From: an uncultured Gammaproteobacteria bacterium
GTDB taxonomy: Bacteria > Patescibacteriota > Patescibacteriia > SG8-24 > DYFX01
Direction: 5' to 3'
Assembly (NCBI GenBank): GCA_964404275.1
Contig: CAYOJH010000001.1
Location: 41,512-105,511, forward strand
DNA: 64,000 nt
Part shown: positions 56,301-64,000 of the stretch, one piece after another
How the letters are laid out: the number at the start of each line of letters is the position of its first letter
Numbering within the stretch: position 1 is the stretch's first letter
Notes under the pieces: model-generated
Database searches by the model: none
What the model was told of the DNA's origin: nothing
What the model saw: the letters and a program-made list of their open reading frames with translations, nothing else
Translations under genes and position numbers: made by a program

Positions 56301-57512
56301 TTATTCGTCAATACGCAACGGCTGCAGTCCGGGTAACGGCGTGCCTTCCAGGAATTCGAGCATCGCGCCGCCTCCGGTCGAAAGATGATCGATGCAATCG
56401 GCCAAGCCGGTGCGAAAGAGCGCGACCGCCGTCTCTCCGCCGCCGGCGATGCCGAAGGCTTTGCCTTTCGATCTCGCCGCGATCAGCCGGCCGATCGCCA
56501 GCGTGCCGTGACTGAATTTCGGCGCCTCGAACAGACCGAGCGGGCCGTTCCAGACGATCATCTGCGCCGAACGGATGTAGGACGCGTAGGCCGAGATCGT
56601 CTTGGGCCCGATGTCGAGGATCGCCTCGTGATCGCGGCAGAGATCGAACGGCTCCGTCTGAAGATCGACGACGTGCGCCGAACCGTTCAGGTTTTTGGGA
56701 TCGCCGATCACGACGTCGTGCGGCAGGATCAATTTTTTGAAATACGGATGCTTCATCAGCTCATGCGCCGCTTCGAGATCGGCCTCGCTGCAGGGCGTGA
56801 GCCCGATGCAGTGGCTCTGGGCCTTGAAGAACGGCGCGATCAAGGCGCCGCCGAGCAGCACGCGATCGGCCGCCGAGAGCAGCTGCGAGATGACACCGAT
56901 CTTGTCGGAAACTTTCGCGCCGCCCATCACGACGAGATACGGATGCAAGGGCGCGTCGATGGCTTTTTCAAGCGCGGCAACTTCGGCCACGAGCAGCGGT
57001 CCGGCGTACGACGGCAGATGGCGCGTGATGCCGACGATCGAGGCGGCGGCGCGATGGCAGGTGCCGAAGGCTTCGTCGACGTAAACGTCGGCCAAACGCG
57101 ACAAGGCCTGCGCGAAGGACGGATCATTGGCTTCTTCGCCTTTGTGGAAGCGCAGGTTTTCAAGCAGCACGGCCTGGCCGTTCGCGAGTTCCGAGGCGGC
57201 GGCTTCGATCTTTGGGCCGATGCAGTCCGGCAGCTTGGCGACGTCGCGGCGCAGGAGTTGCGAGAGGCGCTTGGCGATCGGATCCAGCTTGAGCGAAGCG
57301 ACTTTCTTGCCGTCCGGCCGCCCGAGATGCGCGGCGATCACGACGCGCGCGCCGGCTTTCATCAAGCGCTCGATCGTCGGCACGACTTTGCGGATGCGCC
57401 AATCCTCGTCGGCGCTGACCTTGCCGCGCGAGACCGGCACGTTGAAATCCGCGCGCAGGAACACGCGCTTGCCGCGGATCGATTTGAGATCGTCAAGCGT
57501 GCGAAGTTTCAT
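56301..57512 (-). CDS. pgk: Phosphoglycerate kinase
   Basis: RVFLRADFNVP ..., AHLGRP, GGGA..E motifs. 403 aa. Confidence 0.9.
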   Translation of the reverse strand: MKLRTLDDLKSIRGKRVFLRADFNVPVSRGKVSADEDWRIRKVVPTIERLMKAGARVVIAAHLGRPDGKKVASLKLDPIAKRLSQLLRRDVAKLPDCIGPKIEAAASELANGQAVLLENLRFHKGEEANDPSFAQALSRLADVYVDEAFGTCHRAAASIVGITRHLPSYAGPLLVAEVAALEKAIDAPLHPYLVVMGGAKVSDKIGVISQLLSAADRVLLGGALIAPFFKAQSHCIGLTPCSEADLEAAHELMKHPYFKKLILPHDVVIGDPKNLNGSAHVVDLQTEPFDLCRDHEAILDIGPKTISAYASYIRSAQMIVWNGPLGLFEAPKFSHGTLAIGRLIAARSKGKAFGIAGGGETAVALFRTGLADCIDHLSTGGGAMLEFLEGTPLPGLQPLRIDE

Positions 57513-57513
57513 G

Positions 57514-58830
57514 TCAGAGATTGTTGCGCCGGAAAAACGTGAGCGGCGCGCGGATCAGCTTCCAGGCACTCTTCCACGGCAGCGTCGTCACGAAGTAGCG
57601 CACGTCCGCCGCCAGGCGCACCGGCCAGACGAGCCAGCCCTTGAAGCGGAAACCGTAGACGTCGGCCACGCCCCACATGCCGCCCATCGGCACAAGCGCA
57701 TGCATGGCAGGGAACGTATAGCTCGCGAGCGGTTTCTTTTCCATCATGCGGATGATGTTTTCGGCGGCGAGTTCGGCCTGATGGATCGCCCCCTGCGCGA
57801 GCTGCGGCACGGGCCGTTTGGATTTCGGATCCGAGAGCGCGATGCAATCGCCGACCGCCCAGACGTTTTCACGACCCTGGACCCGCATCGTCGCTTCGAC
57901 TTGGACCTTGCTGCGCGCGTCGAGCGCCAGGCCGAAATTCTTGACGACCGGATTCGCGCGGAAGCCGCCGCACCAGACGAGCAAGTCCATCGTGACTTCT
58001 TTCTGGTTTTCTTTTTTGAAATCGCAGATCAGCATGTCCATCGTTTCGCCCGGCTTGAGCGGACGCGGCGCAAGCACGACATGGTCTCGGTGAACCCCTT
58101 TGATGCACGCATCCAGGATCAATTTGACGCCGAGCTTTTCGAGACGCGTTTTCGCCCAGGCGGAAAGCTGCGGATGAAACATCGGCAACGGGCGCGGCGA
58201 AGCTTCTACGAGCTCGATCGAATATTCGCCCGCGCCAAGCATGCCTTTCTTCACCTGCGTCCGCATGAAACCGGCCGCCTCGCAAGCGAATTCGACGCCC
58301 GTCGGCCCCGCGCCGCCGACCATGACGCGCACGAACGGGATTTCATTGCGACGTTTCATTTCGATCAGCGCGCGCAGCTTGCGATGCACGTGGAGCGCGT
58401 CTTGCAAGCTGTACATCGGAACGCCGTGCTGCTCGAGGCCTTCGATGCCGTAAAAATCCGGTTCGGTGCCGACGGCGATCACGAGCTGATCGAACGGCAG
58501 CGCGCGCCCGTCGGCCAGCTTCACGGTTTTCGCTTCTTCGTCCACGCCGAGCACTTCCTGGTATTCGACCCTCACGCCCGCCGAGGCGAGGTGCGCGCGC
58601 AGATCCTCATACGGCGTGGCCACGCCGGATTCCAATTGCGACTCCGGCGCGTCCCCCGTCGCCACTTCATAGAGCCACGGGCGGTAGAGATGATGCGTGT
58701 GCTTGTCGATGACCGTGATCTCGCAACCGGAACGCCGCCCCAAGCGCTTCGAAAGCCGCACCGCGGTCGTCAAACCGCCGAAACCGGCCCCGAGAATCAC
58801 AATCCGTTCGCAGCGTTGAGACGTTGCCAT
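57514..58830 (-). CDS. ndh: Type-II NADH dehydrogenase (NDH-2) / FAD-dependent pyridine nucleotide-disulfide oxidoreductase
   Basis: RIVILGAGFGGLTTA (first dinucleotide fold), VMVGGAGPTGVEFA (second GxGxxG), and VWAVGDC. Start at MATSQR (58828-58830); the upstream raw ORF residues (..IPAFAGMT..) are translation of a repeat element. Confidence 0.8.
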   Translation of the reverse strand: MATSQRCERIVILGAGFGGLTTAVRLSKRLGRRSGCEITVIDKHTHHLYRPWLYEVATGDAPESQLESGVATPYEDLRAHLASAGVRVEYQEVLGVDEEAKTVKLADGRALPFDQLVIAVGTEPDFYGIEGLEQHGVPMYSLQDALHVHRKLRALIEMKRRNEIPFVRVMVGGAGPTGVEFACEAAGFMRTQVKKGMLGAGEYSIELVEASPRPLPMFHPQLSAWAKTRLEKLGVKLILDACIKGVHRDHVVLAPRPLKPGETMDMLICDFKKENQKEVTMDLLVWCGGFRANPVVKNFGLALDARSKVQVEATMRVQGRENVWAVGDCIALSDPKSKRPVPQLAQGAIHQAELAAENIIRMMEKKPLASYTFPAMHALVPMGGMWGVADVYGFRFKGWLVWPVRLAADVRYFVTTLPWKSAWKLIRAPLTFFRRNNL

Positions 58831-58855
58831 ACGCGTGAAAGTATAGCATCTCCAT

Positions 58856-58880
58856 GTCATCCCGGCGAAAGCCGGAATCC
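58856..58880. repeat. GTCATCCCG-family hairpin element gtcatcccggcgaaagccggaatcc (stem CCGGC-GAAA-GCCGG) 26 nt upstream of the ndh start
   Basis: Shares the gtcatcccg(a/g)gcgaa core with the two copies at 55415-55461. Confidence 0.5.
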
Positions 58881-58901
58881 AGTTCCTACAGGAATTTAAA
58901 A

Positions 58902-58928
58902 CACGCGTGAGACAAAGTCTCACGCGTG
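58902..58928. promoter_or_regulatory. Perfect 12-3-12 palindrome cacgcgtgagac-aaa-gtctcacgcgtg upstream of ndh (candidate operator)
   Basis: Read directly; about 72 nt upstream of the ndh start codon, in the intergenic region after the terminator of the preceding gene. Confidence 0.45.
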
Positions 58929-59049
58929 GAAAGGGTCCAAGGACATTTTTCCCGCCGGCATGGCAGGACCCGGGCCTCGCCTCAAAGGTACGATAGGCCT
59001 AAGAATAGCATAAAAATGCGGTTTTGTCAAGGTTTTTGGGCGGGCGGCG

Positions 59050-59076
59050 AAAAACAAAAACTCCCCACGCGGGGAG
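59050..59076 (-). terminator. Rho-independent terminator after the 59083-59334 gene
   Basis: Hairpin ctccccacgcggggag preceded on the plus strand by aaaaacaaaaa (a T-run on the minus strand). Confidence 0.55.
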
Positions 59077-59082
59077 TCGGCA

Positions 59083-59334
59083 TCATGCCAGTACGGTGTG
59101 CTTTTCGTCTTCGGTAATGATGCGCTTCTTTTCCAGAACGTTGATGAGGATATTCACCTTGCCGTCCGTGCGGTCGAGTTTTCGATCGAGGTTGGTGAGA
59201 CGGTTGTCGAGGCCATCGAGCTGTTCTTGAACCGCGTCGAACTTGGTGTTGATGACACCCTCCGGGTCGGAGAGTACGCCTTCAACGACCTTTCCAATCG
59301 CCTTCAAATCTTCGTTCGTGAGCATGGTCGGCAT
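59083..59334 (-). CDS. Small coiled-coil hypothetical protein (83 aa)
   Basis: ORF with own terminator; heptad-like pattern (LDGLDNRLTNLDRKLDRTDGKVNILINVLEKK). Confidence 0.4.
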   Translation of the reverse strand: MPTMLTNEDLKAIGKVVEGVLSDPEGVINTKFDAVQEQLDGLDNRLTNLDRKLDRTDGKVNILINVLEKKRIITEDEKHTVLA

Positions 59335-59389
59335 ATAGAAGGATTATAGATGCTGGCCTATCACGAATGCCACCTGCGCTGTCAAGAGA

Positions 59390-60316
59390 CTAAAACCTCA
59401 CCTCCGTCAGCACGATTTCCGGCGGGCAGAGCAGGCGGGCGCGGGGTCCGGATTCGCCTGTGCCGGCGCCGATGATCAGGGCGCAGCCTTCGTAGTCGAA
59501 CACTCCGCGATCGAATTTGCGCCGGAGATGATGCGGCAAGAGCCAGACCGAGCCGATGAACGGCAGGCGGATCTGGCCGCCGTGGGTGTGCCCGCAGAAA
59601 AAGACCGTTTTCCCTTGCCGCGCCTTCAACAGGCGCGAGGCCGGCGGCAGCAGATCCGGGTTGTGGAGCATGACGATGGCCAGCTCGTCCGAACGGACGT
59701 CGCCGAAGGCGGCCTCGAGATCCGTTTCGCCGAACCAGTCGTCATCCGCGCCGGCGACGGAAAAGGACGCGCCGTTTTTTTCGAGCCGAACCGAGCGGTT
59801 CAAGAGCAGCGGCAATCCGGCGGCCGCGAACCAGGCCTCAGATTCGGCCGTGGCGTGATGCTCATCGTGATTTCCAAGAATCGCGTAGACGCCGTGCGAC
59901 GCGCGCAGTTCCTTGAGCGGTTCAAGTTTCGGGAGATCCCGGCCGTCGTGATAGAGAAGATCGCCGCCGAGCAGGATCAGGTCCGGCTTGAGCGCGTTGG
60001 TCTTGCGGACAAGCCGCCGCATCCATTTCACGCCCTTATACGGACCGACGTGCAGATCGGACAGGAACGCGATCCTGAGCGTGTTCGTCCCCTTCCCGAT
60101 TGCGTACTTCCGGATCTTCAAGAGACGCGGCTCGATAAAGGACCCGTAGAAGATCGTCAGGAAGCCGAGGCCGCTCACGACCCTGAGAAGCGCATGATCG
60201 CGGAGGTGCCCGTACGCGTGCAGCGCGCCGAAGCCCGCGAGCAGCAAGAAAATGGCGAGATCGAAGATCTGCCAGGGAATTTCAAAATCGTAAACGGGCG
60301 ACGAGTATTTCCGAGA
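59390..60316 (-). CDS. Membrane-anchored calcineurin-like metallophosphoesterase (YkuE-like)
   Basis: Two N-terminal TM helices, then RIAFLSDLHVG (motif I), GGDLLYHDG (II), GNHD (III), and CGHTHGG (V). Start at MSRKYS. Confidence 0.8.
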   Translation of the reverse strand, partial: SRKYSSPVYDFEIPWQIFDLAIFLLLAGFGALHAYGHLRDHALLRVVSGLGFLTIFYGSFIEPRLLKIRKYAIGKGTNTLRIAFLSDLHVGPYKGVKWMRRLVRKTNALKPDLILLGGDLLYHDGRDLPKLEPLKELRASHGVYAILGNHDEHHATAESEAWFAAAGLPLLLNRSVRLEKNGASFSVAGADDDWFGETDLEAAFGDVRSDELAIVMLHNPDLLPPASRLLKARQGKTVFFCGHTHGGQIRLPFIGSVWLLPHHLRRKFDRGVFDYEGCALIIGAGTGESGPRARLLCPPEIVLTEVRF

Positions 60317-60318
60317 CA

Positions 60319-61329
60319 TTATCTGATCGACTTGCCGACGCGTTCCGCCATTTCGGCCAGGCGGTTCGAGTAGCCCCATTCGTTGTCGTACCAGGCCACG
60401 ACTTTGACGAGATCGCCGTCGACGACTTGCGTCAGGCCGATGTCGACGATCGAAGAATGCGGATTCTTGATGAAGTCCGAGGAGACGAGCGGTTCTTCCG
60501 TCCAGGTCATGACGCCTTTGAAACGCACGGCGGTGCAGGCTTTCTTGATCGCCAGGTTCACTTCTTCGACGGATGTCGGCTTGCCGACGACGAAGGTAAA
60601 ATCGGCCAACGAGACAACGGCCGTCGGTACGCGGATCGAAAGGCCGTCAAAGAGGCTCTTGAGTTCCGGCAGCGTTTCGGTCACGGCAATGGCAGCGCCT
60701 GTTGAGGTCGGGACCATGTTAGCAGCAGCAGCGCGAGCGCGGCGCAGATCCTTGTGCGGGCCGTCCTGCAGGTTCTGGTCGGCGGTATAGCTGTGGATCG
60801 TGGTCATGAGCGCCTTCTTCACGCCGAAGGCTTCATGAATGACGTCGGCGACCGGCGCGATGCAGTTGGTGGTGCATGAGGCGTTGTTGATGACCATGTG
60901 GTTCGCGTCGTATTCATGGCCGTTCACGCCGAGCACGTAGGTCGGCACGTTGCCGCCTTTGGCCGGCGCGGAAATGATGACGCGTTTTGCGCCGGCCGTC
61001 AGATGTTGCGACGCGCCCACCTCGTCGGTGAAACGACCCGTCGATTCGATGACCACGTCGATCTTCAAGTCCTTCCAGGGAAGCTTGGTCGGATCTTTTT
61101 CCGCCGTGACCAGGATTTTTTTGTTGTCGACGATGACGTGCGTGGCGTCATAGCTCACGTCGTGATCGTAGGTGCCGTAGCTCGTGTCGTGCTTCAAAAG
61201 ATGCGCGAGCGTTTTCGTGTCGGTCAGGTCGTTGACGGCCACGAATTCCAAATCCTTGAGGCGTCCGAAGGCGGCTTTGAAGGTGTTGCGTCCGATGCGG
61301 CCGAACCCGTTGATGGCGATTCTGATCAT
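60319..61329 (-). CDS. gap: Glyceraldehyde-3-phosphate dehydrogenase
   Basis: MIRIAINGFGRIGR ..., active site ASCTTNC, and WYDNEWGYS. 336 aa. Confidence 0.9.
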   Translation of the reverse strand: MIRIAINGFGRIGRNTFKAAFGRLKDLEFVAVNDLTDTKTLAHLLKHDTSYGTYDHDVSYDATHVIVDNKKILVTAEKDPTKLPWKDLKIDVVIESTGRFTDEVGASQHLTAGAKRVIISAPAKGGNVPTYVLGVNGHEYDANHMVINNASCTTNCIAPVADVIHEAFGVKKALMTTIHSYTADQNLQDGPHKDLRRARAAAANMVPTSTGAAIAVTETLPELKSLFDGLSIRVPTAVVSLADFTFVVGKPTSVEEVNLAIKKACTAVRFKGVMTWTEEPLVSSDFIKNPHSSIVDIGLTQVVDGDLVKVVAWYDNEWGYSNRLAEMAERVGKSIR

Positions 61330-61913
61330 GGCGTGTAGAATTTTATGGTGGAAACGAAAGCGGCGAAGACCGCGGGATCCGCCGAGGCGGCGCTGGCGAC
61401 GAGCGCGGAGCCTTTGCCGGCGGGAACGTAGATCGCTTGGCGCTTGACCCGGCCGTTCTCGAACGCGATCGCGAAGACGGAAGGATGTCCGTCGACGGAG
61501 ACGTCATAGAACGCGGCGCGGGTGCCGGCGAAATCCTGGGCGGCCAGGTCGGAAACGTCCTGGCGATCGGCCAGCGCGACCGAGCCGATCATCACACCTT
61601 CGCCGGAAGCGGGAGCCGTCTCCAGTTCTTTGGACGACCGTCCGAGGCGGACGCGGGCGGGATCGGCGGCCTCGACCAGCCAGTCCGGCGGCGCCGCGAA
61701 AGCATAGCCCTCGCTCGGCACGTCGTGACGCGTCCAGGCATCGATATCGAGCGGCACCGGCTGCGGCACCGTGCTGAGCAGGGCCGTTGAAGAAACGTCA
61801 AAAGGCGCGAGCGACGCGTACCAGATCGCGAAAAGGCCGTACGCGGCGACAACGGCGACCAGCGCGGCTTCAACGAGCGGAGACAACGTATGTTTCACCC
61901 TCCACAGAGACAT
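61326..61913 (-). CDS. Hypothetical membrane-anchored protein (about 195 aa)
   Basis: Start at MSLWRVK with one TM (LVEAALVAVVAAYGLFAIW). Overlaps the gap start by 4 nt. Confidence 0.4.
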   Translation of the reverse strand: MSLWRVKHTLSPLVEAALVAVVAAYGLFAIWYASLAPFDVSSTALLSTVPQPVPLDIDAWTRHDVPSEGYAFAAPPDWLVEAADPARVRLGRSSKELETAPASGEGVMIGSVALADRQDVSDLAAQDFAGTRAAFYDVSVDGHPSVFAIAFENGRVKRQAIYVPAGKGSALVASAASADPAVFAAFVSTIKFYTP

Positions 61914-61969
61914 ACTCGCACAGTATAGGGCGCGAAGGACGCCGCGTGAAGTACATAAAAACCCCGCGC

Positions 61970-62626
61970 TCACGGCGCGGGGGCGGTGTAGACGCAGGAA
62001 GGATCCGCGTCTTCCATCTTGTCGGGCACGGCTTTGAGGTCGGTCTCGCGCTCGTCGTAGGCCAAGGCGTCGATCGCCGTCACGAAGGAGATCTCCTTGT
62101 GATAGTAGGCGTTCAAGAGCGCCGGGCCGCAGATCGGCTTGCCGTCGCCGCGGTGCTTCGGAGCGTTCGCGTCGCACGTCGCGGCCACGTGTTCCCAGAT
62201 GCCGAGCTCATGCCCGATCTCGTGGGCGAAGACCGCGCCGTACTGATGCGCTTCGAAACCGGCGCCGTCCTTGTTCAAGCAGTTCCACATCATGCGCACG
62301 CGGCCGTCGCGATAGGCTTCGGCCAGCGTGAAGGAGCCGGTCAGCTCGCCCTTGTCGTCGCGCTGGCGGCAGTCGCGTCCGTCGATCGACACGCGCACGT
62401 CCGACGCGCCAATGCTATCGGCGTCGACGCACGTCACGTTCATGACGTTCCAACGGTTGCAGGCCGCCACGGTCAGCGCGCGGTCGAGCCGCGGATCCCT
62501 GTCGACCCACAGGCGCAGCGTCCGGCGCGGATGATTTCCGCCGGGCGCCGGATCGGGCTTGCTGATGAACACGCAGGAAGAGCAAATCCAGGCGAAGAAG
62601 GCACAGATCGCGATACGCTGCGACAT
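61970..62626 (-). CDS. Zinc metalloprotease, metzincin/M10-like (HExxHxxGxxH)
   Basis: HEIGHELGIWEH is an extended zincin motif; N-terminal hydrophobic/lipobox-like segment (IAICAFFAWICSSC). Start at MSQRIA. Confidence 0.55.
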   Translation of the reverse strand: MSQRIAICAFFAWICSSCVFISKPDPAPGGNHPRRTLRLWVDRDPRLDRALTVAACNRWNVMNVTCVDADSIGASDVRVSIDGRDCRQRDDKGELTGSFTLAEAYRDGRVRMMWNCLNKDGAGFEAHQYGAVFAHEIGHELGIWEHVAATCDANAPKHRGDGKPICGPALLNAYYHKEISFVTAIDALAYDERETDLKAVPDKMEDADPSCVYTAPAP

Positions 62627-62701
62627 GACGTCCTCCTGACGCAGTCCGTCTTCCAACGTAGCACAAAAAGAAAAACCGCCCCTGTGGGCGATTTTCCGGG
62701 C

Positions 62702-63310
62702 TTAGCCGGGAACCTGGGTGGCGGCTTCCATCGCGAAGCGCGTAAAGCGCTTGACTTGGATGTTTTCGCCGCATTTGGCGATCGTCTCTTTGACGAGTTC
62801 CTCGACGGTCTTGTCCTCGTCTTTGATGTAGGCCTGGTTCATCAAGCAGACGTCGGAGTGCCACTTCGAGAGCTTGCCTTCCATGATCTTGGCGATCACG
62901 TCGGACGGCTTGCTCGATCCGGCGAACTCTTCGGCGTAGATGGATTTCTCCTTCTCGACGACTTCGTCCGGGATCATCTCTTTCGAGACATAGAGCGGAT
63001 TCATGGCCGCGACCTGGAGCGCCAGCTCGTGGCAGAGTTCCTTGAAGCCGTCGGTGCGGGCGACGAAGTCGGTTTCGCACAGGACTTCGACCAGCGCGCC
63101 GACCTTGCCGTTGCCGTGGACGTAGGCGTAGACGAGGCCTTCGGATGTGTTGCGATCCGATTTCGATCCGGCTTTGGCGATGCCCTTCTTGCGAAGCAGC
63201 TCGGCGGCGGCCGCGAGATCGCCGCCGGTTTCTTCGAGCGCCTTCTTGCACTCAACGATGCCGGCGCCGGTCATGGCGCGCAATTCGGAAACGGTCTTGG
63301 CGTCGATCAT
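62702..63310 (-). CDS. tsf: Elongation factor Ts (short form)
   Basis: MIDAKTVSELRAMTGAGIVECKKALEETGGDLAAAAELLRKKG (UBA-like N-domain) and the dimerisation core. 202 aa. Confidence 0.85.
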   Translation of the reverse strand: MIDAKTVSELRAMTGAGIVECKKALEETGGDLAAAAELLRKKGIAKAGSKSDRNTSEGLVYAYVHGNGKVGALVEVLCETDFVARTDGFKELCHELALQVAAMNPLYVSKEMIPDEVVEKEKSIYAEEFAGSSKPSDVIAKIMEGKLSKWHSDVCLMNQAYIKDEDKTVEELVKETIAKCGENIQVKRFTRFAMEAATQVPG

Positions 63311-63321
63311 ATCTTTCTTCT

Positions 63322-64000
63322 TTACGCGGTGATGACGCGGCTCGGCTCGGAAGCGGCCGCTTCCATCTTGACGGCTTCGGCTTTCTTGACGGCCATATCC
63401 TTTTCGCGGAGCTTGCGGCCTTCTTTGACCGCTTCGGCGAAGAGCCGGGTGAACAGTTCGATGGACTTCACGGCGTCGTCGTTGGCCGGGATGCCGTAGG
63501 TGATGTCTTCCGGGTTGATGTTCGAGTCGATCAGGCCGAAGATCGGGACTTTCTTGGCGCGGGCTTCTTCGATGGCCGTCTTCTCGTGCTTGGCGTCGAT
63601 GACGAAGATCGCTTCCGGCAGCTTGGTGAGCGACGAAATGCCGCCGACCTTGCGCTCCATGTCCGCGATCTCGCGATCGATCACGACGCGTTCTTTCTTG
63701 GTGTACTTGTCGAAGCCGCCGGTGTCACGCTTGGTACGGTACTCGTTCAGCTTCTTGATGAGCTTGTTCAGTTCCGGGAAGTTCGTGAAGGTGCCGCCCA
63801 GCCAGCGTCCCGTGATGTACGGCGCGCCCGCTTCCTTGGCGTACTTCTCGACGATCGGCGCGGCCTGGCGCTTGGTGCCCAGAAAGACGATCACGCCGCC
63901 CTTGGCGGTCATGTCGCGCGCGGCGTCGAGCGCTTCCTTCAACTTCACGACGGTCTTTTCCAGGTCGATGATGTGGATGCCGTTCCGGGAACCGAACAGG
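63322..64000 (-). CDS. rpsB: 30S ribosomal protein S2, C-terminal about 225 aa; the N-terminus lies beyond the window end
   Basis: GVIVFLGTKRQA, GRWLGGTFTNF, and VPIFGLIDSN motifs of uS2. The ORF runs off the window edge; upstream of tsf as in the conserved rpsB-tsf operon. Confidence 0.8.
   Translation of the reverse strand, partial: LFGSRNGIHIIDLEKTVVKLKEALDAARDMTAKGGVIVFLGTKRQAAPIVEKYAKEAGAPYITGRWLGGTFTNFPELNKLIKKLNEYRTKRDTGGFDKYTKKERVVIDREIADMERKVGGISSLTKLPEAIFVIDAKHEKTAIEEARAKKVPIFGLIDSNINPEDITYGIPANDDAVKSIELFTRLFAEAVKEGRKLREKDMAVKKAEAVKMEAAASEPSRVITA

Noticed and set aside
57514-58923. N-terminal 31 residues of the raw ndh ORF (MRLCLTRVLNSCRNWIPAFAGMTWRCYTFTR)
   Set aside because: This is translation through the GTCATCCCG hairpin repeat and the palindromic operator region. 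The Rossmann fold GxGxxG begins right after MATSQR, which is taken as the start.
63949-64000. Treating MKLKEALDAARDM (the ATG at 63946-63948) as the true rpsB start
   Set aside because: uS2 proteins are about 240-260 aa and the reading frame stays open to the window edge. The gene is truncated by the window, not starting here.

Overview
This is a high-GC (about 65-68%) bacterial chromosomal segment with dense, largely co-directional genes. I find no rRNA, CRISPR array or transposase. Recognisable housekeeping content:
- cell division and envelope: ftsE/ftsX, murD, murE, mltG, a family-2 glycosyltransferase (GT2), a PAP2 phosphatase, two secreted polysaccharide deacetylases, a class-A beta-lactamase-like serine hydrolase and an FtsB-like protein;
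- a glycolytic block on the minus strand: gap, pgk, eno, two divergent gpmI paralogs and a type-II NADH dehydrogenase;
- DNA repair: uvrD/pcrA, nth, mutM;
- queuosine genes queA and tgt;
- metK, msrB, a Fur-family regulator followed by a CooC/ArsA-like ATPase, a Znu/Mnt-type metal ABC transporter, and tsf plus a partial rpsB at the window end;
- four tRNAs (Gln-TTG, Thr-CGT, Gly-CCC, Lys-TTT) and many rho-independent terminators.
A large prepilin-type protein and the overall gene content hint at a reduced lineage, possibly Patescibacteria-like, but this is not established.
The most unusual locus is 27945-32048. There a CYTH (triphosphate-tunnel) protein and a divergently transcribed DHH/DHHA1 phosphoesterase sit beside a 716-aa protein combining a coiled-coil N-terminus, a winged-helix-like segment and a degenerate calcineurin/Mre11-like metallophosphoesterase domain, with its own promoter, a long leader and a small upstream ORF. 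I cannot assign this arrangement to any described system.
A second accessory spot is a small low-GC islet (about 48860-50372) with an ORF6N (antirepressor-like) gene, a membrane-anchored Mrr-type restriction endonuclease with a topoisomerase-type zinc ribbon, and two perfect 13-bp-arm palindromes.
Other notable items are a hairpin repeat family (GTCATCCCG...) upstream of eno and ndh, a perfect 12-3-12 palindrome upstream of ndh, and a tandem 456-bp duplication encoding two CBM-like modules in a deacetylase. Many long ORFs antisense to real genes are GC-driven artefacts and are not reported.
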